From contig NC_058368.1 in NCBI RefSeq assembly GCF_018350175.1, positions 74,960,001-75,024,000 of the forward strand: a stretch of DNA of 64,000 nt, read 5' to 3'. The stretch comes from Felis catus (lineage: Eukaryota). This document shows, in pieces, positions 49,477-61,067 of this stretch. How positions within the stretch are numbered: position 1 is the first letter of the stretch; every line of letters starts with the position of its first letter. A program made the position numbers and the translations under genes. Under the pieces are notes generated by a model, which saw nothing but the letters and a program-made list of their open reading frames with translations, was not told where the DNA came from and did not search any database.

Positions 49477-50665
49477 AGAAATCGTAAAACAAAATAAAAC
49501 AAAACAAAGGTGCCAAACTTAAATGCGTTTTAGTGAAACGCTTTTGTAATTCATTTAAAAAAATATTTCAGTGTTTAAATCAAACACTATATTGGTTGAT
49601 TGATTTGTACTCACTCACCAAAATAGTGTTTTGAAAAACTTTTTCCCATAGTCATTTCTTCAAACCAGGAACTCATGTATTTGCCAAAAAATAAATTGCA
49701 TTCTATCCTTGAAAGCATTGAATCCATTTGACACATAAAATGCATTAGGTTTGAGTAGAGGCCAAACTTAGAGTGTTTTCACTCATCCTTGCTGTTTAAG
49801 CTGGTGAACATATGACCCAATGTATAATCCATGGTTTTAGAATTGCTGTGAAATGTGCTATAAAACAACAAATAATTTTAATATTTATATGGCTGAATTG
49901 GATAACATTTTTAGTTCATTTTGTATCATGTAACAGTTTCTTCTAAATGTCATTTCATGTTTTTGCCATAGCCATCTAACAATTGTATTATATAGCAAAA
50001 GTATTTTAAAAATCTTACAAATGGCAGTGTAATGTAAAAGTGTAGAAAACCTTAAAAGTGGCAAAACTCGTGTACCTCTTCCTTGACTTATTCTTTTCTC
50101 AGACACATCTTTAGAACAAGTCTATTTCTTCCTGTGTTCATGATGGATTGATTACATGTGTTTGGTCATCTCTTCACCCTTTGACATGAGTCAAAGAAGA
50201 CACAGTTGCTGTAATTGTTGGAATAACATTCAGCTTAACGGTAGACATTTATTTAAACTCTCCCATCTTTTGGGGATAGTATTTTATCGGGGAAAAGGTA
50301 AAGCCCCTGCCCTCAGTGAACTCAGGCTAACCTTTGGAAGCAAAAAAAGCTCAGCATGTTCCATGGTGAGGTAAGTGATGGAGAAGTATGCAGGGCACCT
50401 TTTAAAGACATGACAAAAAATAAAATATTAAAATATGGGAACAGAAACAAATCTTAGGCACTCTCTTGCAGAATTCTGGTAATATTATAGTTGAGTAGAG
50501 ACAAAAACATTGAGAGGTTTGACCTTTATTATTATTATTATTATTATTATCACCATCATCATCATTAATATTATATGTCAACCCTGTGTGAACCTGCTAA
50601 GGTAAGTCCTTTATAAACCTCTGCCTTCAGGCTAAAACTTGTCTTCTACAAGCATTCAGTTTGTG

Positions 50666-50667
<2 letters not shown>

Positions 50668-50704
<37 letters not shown>
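50668..50704. repeat. (TA)n microsatellite
   Basis: Direct read. Confidence 0.95.
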
Positions 50705-50707
<3 letters not shown>

Positions 50708-50859
50708 AAGAAAGAAATAGAAATAGCCCATGGGATGCTGGGGACTCTGGACTTTTCACCGATTGTCCCTGTCTAGAAGGGAGTCTAAGAATGGAAGAGT
50801 AACCTAGATGAGATGAAATTGTTCCTAGGGAGAAAACAAAAGGAGACTAAAATGTGAAA

Positions 50860-51020
50860 GCAAATGTTCTACTACAATAAATTGCACAATAGTTTTGTAA
50901 GATGTGATCATTGGGATAAACTGGATAAAGCATATGTAGGATCTCTTGGTGTTATTTCTAATAGCTGTATGTGAATCTAAAATGATCTCGAAATAAACAG
51001 TTTAATGAAAAAAAAATAAT
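50860..51020 (+). mobile_element. Ancient L1 (L1MD/ME-like) 3' terminus
   Basis: aagatgtgatcattgggataaactgg...gggatctct...tgtatgtgaatctaaaatgatctcgaaataaa plus A tail. Confidence 0.7.
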
Positions 51021-51025
51021 AATAA

Positions 51026-51545
51026 TGGGATTTCTGGTTTCCAGTTCCACATATAAAGAGCTTGGGAATTGCCACTCTATCCTAACAAGTAAAGGGCTAA
51101 ACAGACTGAAAAATCGACTCTTCTTGGATTTGTAAGAGATTGAGGACACAGGACAAACCTCATCCCCCAAGACTAGAGGGAAACAGGTACATTCAGGAAG
51201 ACACGATTTACCTGAGCAGGGACTCATGAGCTGAAACTGTTATCCAAATCAGGCTTGGGTAGGAAAATCTGAACTGTGATTGATGAATTGCTAGAGTCTC
51301 AGCATCAATAAGTCTGAGAGTTAAACACTCCTGGGGTACCTAGACATAGGAGAGTCATTACACCCTTGTCAAATTTACCTCCGGGAGCTCTGATTAGATT
51401 GCCATTGTGAAGAACAAAGAAAAACTCCCCTTCTGGCAGGAGAAGGGGTGGAGGGTTCATTTTGAAATACACCAGAGTGCTCTGATCTTCTTAAGATCTG
51501 CCCTCAAGGGAAACTACTTCACCAGAGACTAACCTGTTGGAGTAT
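51026..51545 (+). mobile_element. Putative L1M/L1MC 5'UTR fragment
   Basis: ggatttctggtttccagttcc...cagactgaaaaatcgactcttcttggatttg resembles recalled L1MC-type 5' ends. Confidence 0.45.
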
Positions 51546-52226
51546 TCCCTATCATGCTGGAAGTCCTAGCTAATGCAACCAGACAAGAAAAGGAAGTAAA
51601 AGTACACAGATGGACAAGGAAGAAATAAAACTGTTTTTGCACTCAGATGACATCATCTATGTAGAAACTCCCAACAAATTTAACATAAAAATCCTGAAAC
51701 AAATAAGTGACGGTAGCAAGTTTGTAGGACATAAGGTTAATGGACAAAAGTTATTTGCTTTCCCATATGAAAGCAATGAACGTGTAGAATTTGAAATTAA
51801 AACACAATACCATTTATATTACTACCCTAAAAATTGAATACTTAAGTATAAATCTAACAAAATAGGTACCAGGGCTATTTGGAAAAAAAAGTTACAAAAC
51901 TCTGATGAACAAAAGCAAAAAAAGAATTAAATAAATGGAGAGATACTTTATTCATGGGTAGGAAGACACAATTTTATCACAATGTCAGTTTTTTCTCAAG
52001 TTGATCTCTGGACTCAATGCAATCCAAATCAGAACCTCAGCAAGTTATTTTATGGGTATTGACATATTGATTCTAGATTTTATGCAGAAGGGGCACCTGG
52101 GAGGCTCAGCTGGTTAAGCATCTGACTTTGACTCAGGTCATGATCTCGTGGTTTGTGGGTTCGAGCCCTGCATTAGGCTCTGTGCTGACAGCTTCGAGCC
52201 TGGAACCTGCTTTGGATTCTGCCTCT

Positions 52227-52263
<37 letters not shown>

Positions 52264-52970
52264 CCTCCCCCACCTGTCTGTCTCTCTTTCTCTCAAAAAT
52301 AAAATAAATCATTAAAAAAAATCATAAAGCTTATATGAAAAAAGAGAAGACCAAGAATAATCAACACAACATTGAAGGAGAGGAACAAGGTTGGAGGACT
52401 GATGGCTACCTTACATTAAGACTTACTATAAATTTACAGTAATCAAGACAATGTGATATTGGTTAAAACTATATAGACAACTAGATCAATAGAATAGAAT
52501 TGAGAACCAAGAAATGAATCCCTATAGTCAATTGGTCTTTGACAAAATAGCAAAGGCAATCAAATGGAACAAAGATATTCTTTCCAACGAAAGTGTTGGA
52601 ACAACTGGACATTTGCATGCAAAAACAAACAAGCAAACAAAAACAGAATCTAGACCCAGACCTTATATCCTTTACAAAAAGTAATTCAAAATGGATCATG
52701 GACCTAAATATAAAATGCAAAACTATAAAACTCTTAGAAGGTAACACAGGTAAAAACCTAGATGACCTTGAGTATGGTGATGACTTTTTAGATATGAGAG
52801 CAAATGCTTGACCCATGAAAGATATAATTGATAAGTCGGACTTCATTAAATTTTTTGAAATATGTGTGTTCTGCAAAAAAAACAATGCCGAAAGAATGAG
52901 AAAATAAACCACATATTGGGACGAAATTTTGTAAAAGATACATCTGATAAAGAACCATTATCCCAAATAA

Positions 52971-53002
<32 letters not shown>

Positions 53003-53995
53003 AAATAAATAAAGAACAAAAAGCCCAATTAAAAAATAGGCTGAAGATCTTGACAGATTCCTCATCAATGAAGATGGCAGGTAAGCACATAAAAAGATGT
53101 TCCACATCATAAGTCATTAGTAAATGGAAATTAAGACAGCAATCAGATACCACAATCCATCAAGCAGAATGGCCAAAATCTGGAACACAGACAACATCAA
53201 ATGCTGACTAGGGTATGGACCAACAGGGATTCTCATTCTTTGCTAATGAGAATGCAAAATGGTAGAGCCAATCTGAAAGACAATTGATGCTTTCTTACAA
53301 AACTAAATATACGCTTACTATACAATCCAACAATCACACTCCTTGATATCTGCCCAGAGGAGTTGAAAATATGCCCACACAATCACCTGCACACAGATGT
53401 TTACAGCAGCTCTATTCACAATTTTCAAAACTTGGAATGACTTCCAGTTGGTGAATGGAGAAATTGTGGAACATCCAGGCAATGGAGTGTTTTCAGTGCC
53501 AAAAGAAAATGAATGACCATGCCATGAAGACACGTGAAAGGAATGTAAATGCATATTACTGTGGGAACCAAGACAATCTGATAAATCTACATCCTGTGGG
53601 ATTCCAGCTATCTGATATTCTGGAAAAGACAAAGTTATGATAATGTTAAAAAGGTCAGCAATTTCCAGGGTTTAGAGGGAAAAGGCAGTGAATAGGCAGA
53701 CCACAGAGGATTTTTAGGGCAGTGAAAATACTCTGATACTATAATAATGGGTAGTTGTCAATACACATTTGTCCAAACCCATAGAGTATATGACACCAAT
53801 CACGGATCCTAATGTAAACTGTGGATTTGGGGTTGTTATCATGTGTCACGGCAGGCTCATCAGTGTCAGCAAATGTACCCTCTGGTGGGGGATGTTGATA
53901 GTGGAGGGGCTGATGCATGTGTGGGGCAGGGGATAGGGAAACCTCTGTATTTCTTCTAGATTTTGTTGTAAACATAAAACTACTCTTAAAAATGG
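51546..53995 (+). mobile_element. L1MC-like LINE: decayed ORF2 3' half and 3'UTR
   Basis: Translated remnants IMLEVLANATRQEKE, KEEIKLFLHSDDIIYVE, NSKWIMDLNIKCKTIKLLEGNTG; 3'UTR cacatttgtccaaacccatagag...cctaatgtaaactgtgg; many frameshifts. Confidence 0.92.
52090..52325 (+). mobile_element. Can-SINE inserted in L1 ORF2
   Basis: ggggcacctgggaggctcagc head, (CT)n, A tail. Confidence 0.93.
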
Positions 53996-54001
53996 TCTTA
54001 A

Positions 54002-54455
54002 TAGCCAAATTATGGAAAGAGCCTAAATGTCCGTCAACTGATGAATGGATAAAGAAATTGTGGTTTATATACACAATGGAGTACTACGTGGCAATGAGAA
54101 AGAATGAAATACTGCCCTTTGTAGCAACATGGATGGAACTGGAGAGTGTTATGCTAAGTGCAATAAGCCATACAGAGGAAGATACCATATGTTTTCACTC
54201 TTATGTGGATCCTGAGAAACTTAACAGGAACCCATGGGGGAGGGGAAGGAAAAAAAAAACAAAACAGGTTAGAGTGGGAGAGAGCCAAAGCATAAGAGAC
54301 TCTTAAAAACTGAGAACAAACTGAGGGTTGATGGGGGGTGGGAGGGAGGGGAGTGTGGGTGATGGGTATTGAGGAGGGCACCTTTTGGGATGAGCACTGG
54401 GTGTTATATGGAAACCAATTTGACAATAAACTTCATATATTGAAAAATTTTTTTA
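54002..54455 (+). mobile_element. Young 5'-truncated felid L1 (ORF2 C-terminus and 3'UTR)
   Basis: IAKLWKEPKCPSTDEWIKKLWFIYTMEYY...NEILPFVATWMELESVMLS is the L1 ORF2p C-terminus; G-rich 3'UTR; aataaa; TSD aaaaatggtcttaa at 53988-54001 and 54456-54469. Confidence 0.96.
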
Positions 54456-54689
54456 AAAAATGGTCTTAAAAAAACACCAATACCAATTCTAAAAACAAAA
54501 AGAAAAAATTATATATATATGTATGTGTGTGTGTGCGTGTGTGTGTGTATAAAACTATTCTTCACCTTGTAAAATCATAGAAAATAGTCTATCACAGATC
54601 ATTCCTCCCAAGGGATCAAGTCCACATATCTAAATATGGAGGTGTTGGCCTGTTTGTGCTCACGTTCATTGATTCTTTACCTACCCCTA

Positions 54690-54960
54690 GCTTCATCTCT
54701 CTTCTCCTTCTGCTTGCCTTCAGATCATCTGGGGAATTCAGTTAACAGGGGGCACTGGTGAAAAATGGAATAAGAAAAGGAAAGAATCCAGGAATTTCTT
54801 CCCTTTTCTACCTGCTTTGTGTGCCCTCTCTTAGGTCTGTGGTCAGACTTGCCATGACTCCCATCTGTCATCTTCCAATGGTGACGGTAGCCTCTGGAAC
54901 ATCACTCACTCCATTTTGCTCAATAGCGTCTTAAGACAGTCAATAAACTTGGGGTTGCCT
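54690..54960. mobile_element. Possible LTR33-like ERVL fragment
   Basis: ttcagttaacagggggcactggtgaaaaatgga...ccaggaatttcttccc loosely matches recalled LTR33. Confidence 0.35.
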
Positions 54961-55440
54961 AACACGCCCATGGCTGCTCTTTTGATTCTTGCTTTCTTGC
55001 TAGCACCTGGGCTGATAGAACAGTGCAGAGAGGTCAACCAATAGGAAAGCAGACACACATAAGAGAGCGACTTTGTTCAAACAAGTACTCTTGGAAAAGT
55101 TCACAGAAACTACAATGTCTGTTTTTTCATAAGGAGCCATTTCTTTTTTCTACATTTCCACAGTGGTCTATATTGTAGCTTTTACTAACTGTGTCTTGCT
55201 TTGATCGGGTTGCCTTTCTACAGGCTACTCCAAAATCTTTTACTCTGCTGTTTTCTTTTCTCTCTCTCTCTTTTCTTTATATAGCAAAGTGCCCATATAT
55301 TATATTTAAGGTTCCCAATAAATATTTTTTTAATGAATTAGTACATTTTTAACTTCCTATAGCTAAAATCTTCTGATAAATTTTGTACAGAAATAAAAGT
55401 TTAGTAAGACAGGTTATTTAAATGCTCTATGGGCCTCCTT

Positions 55441-55658
55441 GGGGAGCCTGGGTGGCTCAGTCGGTTAAGCGGCCGACTTCAGCCAGGTCACGATCTCGCG
55501 GTCCGTGAGTTCGAGCCCCGCGTCAGGCTCTGGGCTGATGGCTCAGAGCCTGGAGCCTGTTTCCGATTCTGTGTCTCCCTCTCTCTCTGCCCCTCCCCCG
55601 TTCATGCTCTCTCTCTGTCCCAAAAATAAATAAACGTTGAAAAAAAATAAATAAAAAA
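55441..55658 (+). mobile_element. Young SINEC_Fc-type Can-SINE
   Basis: Perfect 21-bp TSD taaatgctctatgggcctcct at 55419-55439 and 55659-55679. Confidence 0.97.
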
Positions 55659-57113
55659 TAAATGCTCTATGGGCCTCCTAATTGATCATCTGTATAAATT
55701 AACTGACTTTATAAATAAAATCCATATAAATCAAGATTTTTGCCTAAAGAGCTAACAGCATTTTTACATAAAACTACATTTCCTGGTTCTAAATTGATGT
55801 AACTTATGTCATCAATTTTTTAATCATCGCATAGAGTCATACATAAGTATAGACTGTGGCTCAGCTGTAACATAATTAATGTTTTGGGTTTTATTTTAAT
55901 TTGTTCTTTATATATGATTTTATCAATTGACTAATTGCTTTTCTTCAAATCATTTCACATTGTGTTAAAATGGAAGATAAATATTTTCATACTTTATTTC
56001 CTTTTCCTATCAATAGCTAGATAACAATGTTGAATTCTGGAAATCTTTTTTTTTTTTTTATTTCTCAGTGGGGTTGTTTGACACATATGAGTTTATCTTC
56101 CTTCTGAATAAAATTTACCTAAATTTACTAGGGAAATCATATATGACAGAATCTTGAATTATATCCTTAGGGTAAAAATATGGAAGAATATTTTATTTCT
56201 AGGAAAGAGATGCTTGTAATGTCTTACCAGGTTTCCTCATATTTCCTGCACGATACCAACTGACTAAATATTGCTAATTAGTATAATGGAGTCATTAAAC
56301 ATAATCAGAAAAAGCCTTTGATAAAGATATTGAGAAAGGACATATTTTAGATTAGACCTTTTTACTTATGATTTTTCTCGTTTTGAATCAATGATTCAGA
56401 CAAGTACTCAAATCACATAGATTTATCAGTAAAATAATCAGACATTAAATCTTTTTTTTTTCACTTTTATGTTCAATCACATCATAAAAATGTGAAATGG
56501 ACAATGGGATCGATCAGAGTTTGGTTTCCATGGTCCTCCAAATTGGCTTCATTAGCCCTCTTAATAAACAGACTCTTAAATTAATCAAAGATGTGAAAAC
56601 AAGTGTTAGTATTTGTTTTTACTGGGTTGAGAAGTAATTCTCATTTATTTGAAAATGCATCCAAAGTTTCATCTGGGAAGAACTTTCATAATTGGCATCT
56701 GTTAATCATTTCAGAGTTAAATATGACAGTGAAAGCAGAGAGGGAGATTTTCAGGGGAAATTAATTTTGTTTGGACTCTTTGGCAAGGAGATGATTAAAA
56801 AGAAAAGCCTCACTGTAACAACAACATTTAGTACGAAAGCAACATTTCTTACTAAAGGGCTTTGGTAGACAGTTGAACAATTTATTGAAAAGGTTTGAGT
56901 TTAAGGGTGAAACAAACAAACATGTTTTTTTTTAATGTGATAAGAAGATTTTCGTAATTTAAAATTGTATTGAAAATAGGGACATGTTTTTTGGCAAGAA
57001 AATTTAGACACAGTTTTAGCTGCCTGCCTGTTGAATATTTGGCCTTTCCAAGACAATTCATTATGTGTAATGTGTAAGCAATGGCAAATGGTAACTATCA
57101 TTACCAGGTGGTT

Positions 57114-57128
57114 ATTTGCAATGCAAAT
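57114..57128. promoter_or_regulatory. PORE-type palindromic POU/Oct site containing a perfect octamer
   Basis: ATTTGCAATGCAAAT = ATTTG-N5-CAAAT, with ATGCAAAT at 57121-57128; function untested. Confidence 0.3.
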
Positions 57129-57486
57129 TCTAAACCCTAACTCATAGATGGTTGGCTCTGGCAGTTGCCAAACAGCTGGGTCTTGAACCTTAAACCCATA
57201 GGATGGCCAACACTATAATTCCACAAGAATCTCTCTAAACATACTACTCTTTTTTTTCCCAATGTCATTCATCATCATTTTCCATAGCACCTAGTAGCCT
57301 AGAGTGGCATTGGAGACACAATAAAATTGAGTTAGAAAGTCATGGTCTTTCCTCCTTGGAAAATAATTTTCAAAGGAAAACATTATATCACCTGGAAAAT
57401 TATTGAGAATATGCATTAAATATATTTACTACTTAAAAATTGAATTTCGTCTTTATTCGTGATACAAGTACTTCGCAATTGCTTCC

Positions 57487-57689
57487 TTTTTTAATGTTTA
57501 TTTTTGAAAGAGAGAGTGACAGCGTGAGCGGGGAAGAGGCAGAGAGAAAGGGAGACACAGAATCCTAAGCAGGCTACAGGCTCTGAGCTGTCAGCACAAA
57601 GTAGCACGTGGGGCTCGAGCTCATGAACCTCGAGATCATGACCTGAGCCAAAGTCGGAGGCTTAACTGACTGAGCTACCCAGGCACCCC
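57487..57689 (-). mobile_element. Can-SINE
   Basis: TSD gcaattgctt on both sides. Confidence 0.93.
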
Positions 57690-58002
57690 TTTGCAATTGC
57701 TTTCTGACTGGTTTTGGTCCAATAATTTTATTGAAATTACCCACAAACATTACCAAAGACCTACTGATCAAAATATTCTTTTCCTCCACAAACCCTCATT
57801 CTTCTTGATCAATCTCTTGAACAGCCTTGATCAAGTCTAATCTATTTTCATAGTCTTTCTCTTAACACTCTGTGCTCTGTCACTATTGTCTGCATTTTCC
57901 TGGACTGTTCAAAACAGCTCAATAGGCCTCCATTCACCCTTGGTCTTCAAAATACTTACCATGCTATTTATTTCATAATGCCACACCCATGCTCTGGGTG
58001 GA

Positions 58003-58164
58003 ATTTTTTTAAGTTTATTTATTTTGAGAGAGACAGAGACAGAGAGAGAGAATCCCAAGTGGGCTCCATGCTCTCAGCACAGAGCGTGACACAGGGCTTG
58101 AAGTCACGAACTGTGAGATCATGACCTGAGCCAAAACCAAGGTCATTTAACCACCCAGGCGCCC
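58003..58164 (-). mobile_element. Short, internally deleted older Can-SINE
   Basis: gagaatcccaagtgggctccatgctctcagc...cacccaggcgccc. Confidence 0.85.
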
Positions 58165-59607
58165 AGCTGGATGGATTTAATTGTTCTTCCTAATTAGGTC
58201 TATTGCATGCTTCTAACTCAAGTGTCTCAGATACTTGAATTTCAATTCTCTCGTATATTAAATAAGAATAATAATAATGCCTTCCATAATGCACTTTGCT
58301 TGTTTGTTTGGAAATCAAATTACTTAATACAGCAATGACCTAAAGTGAATGGCAGTTGTTATTAGATTATCAAGAAAACTAGCTCTCCACTAGTACTGAT
58401 TAAAACAAATCATGCCCTTACTCCATTAAAGAATTCATTATACTTTACTGGAATCATACATTTAAAGTCATTTTCTGCCACAGGACTGAATTTGTGGTGA
58501 CAGTAAGTGCACCATTTTTGTTAACCCTGGTATCTTCTTCTCTGAGCACAGAACTGATATGTAGCTAGTTGTTGGATAAATATTGTAAATGGATAAATAA
58601 CTAATATGCTGAATATATGGTAAATCAATATCATCAATTATATATGAATATGTGCATATATGTTATAGAAATTAAAACTAAATTCAGATGTTAATTATTC
58701 ATTCGCTCAATTTTCTCAATGTTTTTGATGAACATTATAGAAAAAATAAAATAGACTCAACTATTGTGGTACAGTAGTTCAATATTTCCATATTGTTCTC
58801 ATTAATTGAGTGCCAATAGGTACCTAGCCAGCCAGCGAATCTGTAAGTGGTCCCAAATTTCATTTCGGTATGTAAACCATATTAGTTTTTCCAAAGTTGC
58901 ACTTAAATTCCCATCAGCACCTTATGAGCACCCCATTCATTAGATGTTCTTAAATGTTATATGCAGTTAGTACCCTAGCATTTCAATGAATGCTACCATA
59001 GGACAATTCATCTTTTTGCATACATTCTAAGGTGAAAAGGGAGCATAATTCAAAGTATTTTTCATCAGGTGAATTAAACCAATGGTTAAAATTGTCTTTC
59101 AAACTGATGATTCTTGTCTGGTGTCCCTGTCATTGTTGGTTTCTGAAGACAATGGTCTAATTGCTGGGGTGGGTCCTATGGGAACTTCCTTTTTAATGAT
59201 TTCCTCCCTCCCACAACACCTTTGCAGGTATTAGGATTCCTATGTCTTCCAGCATGTCTTTTTTATCTGTTTTTAAAACATTCACGTTTTCATCTAGAGC
59301 TAAAATTGATGGCCTGAGTACTAAAAATGTTTGTGAAGTTTCACAGTCCTTCTAAAGTAGAAAGTAGAAAACACTTTTTTAAAATAATGAAATTGTCGTG
59401 TGTGGGTTTTCACCTCTACTACCTAATAACTGCACATCTCTTATTGTGGTTTATTGGTAATGACACCTTTGGGAACATTTTTTTTTAATGTTATCAACAA
59501 TTTACCAATTTAGGGTAAGATACTTATCTTACTTAAATAAATCCCATAGAAATGTTACTTGATCTGTTCATTGATTTGCATCTCCTGTCATTAAAAATAG
59601 CTGCCTT

Positions 59608-59828
59608 GGGGCACCTGGGTGGCTCAGTTGGTTAAGCATCAAACTTTGGTTCAGGTCATGATTTCACAGTTTGTGAGTTCAAGCCCCGCGTTGGGCTCAG
59701 GGCTGACAGCTGAGCCTGGAGCCTGCTTCGTATTCTGTGTCTCCCTCTCTCTCTGCCCCTCCCCTGCTCGTGTTCTGTCTCTCTCTCTCTCTCTCAAAAA
59801 TAAACAATCAAAAATTTGAAAAAAAAAA
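59608..59828 (+). mobile_element. Can-SINE
   Basis: ggggcacctgggtggctcagttggttaagc; aaaaata(g/a)ctg flanks. Confidence 0.94.
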
Positions 59829-59922
59829 TAACTGTCCTTCTTGCGAAGCCCTCCACGCCTGAATATACAATCTTTTGTGTTATGTTGGTGTGATTTAATT
59901 ATGGTCTAAAAAGAATATTCTA

Positions 59923-60125
59923 GGGGCGCCTGGGTGGCTCAGTCGGTTAAGCATCCGACTTCAGCTCAGGTCATGATCTCACAGTCCATGAGTTCGAGCT
60001 GGGCTGATGGCTCAGAGCCTGGAGCCTGCTTCCGATTTGATTCTGTATCTCCCTCTCTCTCTGCCCCTCCCCCGTTCATGCTCTGTCTCTCTCTGTCTCA
60101 AAAATAAATAAACGTTAAAAAAAAA
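59923..60125 (+). mobile_element. Can-SINE with internal deletion
   Basis: TSD aaaaagaatattcta at 59908-59922 and 60126-60140. Confidence 0.95.
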
Positions 60126-60766
60126 AAAAAGAATATTCTAGCATAGACCACTTCTGGCTTTTTCTTCTTCTTTCTTCTTTTTATTTTTTCTTATATCTTC
60201 ATCCTCTTAAAAAAACACTGTTTTAAAACTTTTCCAATTTATGGTATTAAAAAATAACTTTTATACACAAAAAGGCTGAAAATATTTATAATCAGTTAGA
60301 ATGAACAAATATCACCTTTAAAATGTGCACATTGTGTGCTGAGCAGTCCTGATAGGAGCTGATATCACCCATGCTCATTATCTCTAAGGTCTGGTTTTCA
60401 ACATTTTCAGATAAGGTTTTTTCCAGCCATTTCATTCCTAAGGAGCTGTAAAAGACACCTGAACCCCACCACTGAAGATACCCCCAATGTAAAGGATTCC
60501 TATTTTCTTACAGAGGGATATGCACTCTTTCTTCCAGATGCTTTCTGAATGCCAGCCTATGGGAGCTTTGGAAAAGCAATATTTGAAAAATGCAGCCTCA
60601 CACTGATGGGGGTAACATAGAAGAAGTAAAGAACTTTATAAATTCTGACTCAAATGCATGCAATAAATTAGACATGAGCTATGCTGCTTCTTAGTTAAGG
60701 TCTATAGAATTAATGGTATTTGTCTAGTATTTTCCCCAAAATATCTAATGCTTTTATTTTTTATTT

Positions 60767-60771
60767 AAAAA

Positions 60772-60829
<58 letters not shown>
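60767..60829. repeat. Poly-A followed by (TA)n
   Basis: Direct read. Confidence 0.95.
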
Positions 60830-60834
<5 letters not shown>

Positions 60835-61029
60835 GGCCTTCAGGTCATACCTAAAGTGGTGCTAATTTTGGTTTTACTAAATAGTGTTCTTTCAAATAAA
60901 GGTGATTTTTAAATGCTAATTCTAAATGGCTGCCACAATCACATTTCAAATGAAAAAATGAATTTATCATTTATTGCAATCATCACTCATTTAATTTTTG
61001 CCTACTTCATTTTTGTTCCACTGACATTT

Positions 61030-61032
<3 letters not shown>

Positions 61033-61064
<32 letters not shown>
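61033..61064. repeat. (CA)n microsatellite
   Basis: Direct read. Confidence 0.95.

Positions 61065-61067
<3 letters not shown>

Noticed and set aside
51610..52811. RT-like ORFs as an active reverse transcriptase system
   Set aside because: Frameshifted, stop-ridden old L1 ORF2 with a degenerate catalytic motif and a SINE insertion
53917..54306. 129-aa ORF as a novel fusion protein
   Set aside because: Chance read-through from old L1 3'UTR into the ORF2 C-terminus of a truncated young L1
58755..59035. Possible MER5-like DNA transposon remnants
   Set aside because: Too decayed to support by eye
2581..59819. Many ORFs with motifs such as WVAQSVK...AQVMIS...SVLTAQSLEPASDSVSPSLS or EPGACFGFCVSLSLC
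   Set aside because: These are translations of Can-SINE copies, not a gene family
2110..60125. tRNA-like heads and recurring repeats as tRNA genes or a CRISPR-like array
   Set aside because: They are the tRNA-derived 5' part of dispersed SINEs, with no regular spacing and no cas-like genes
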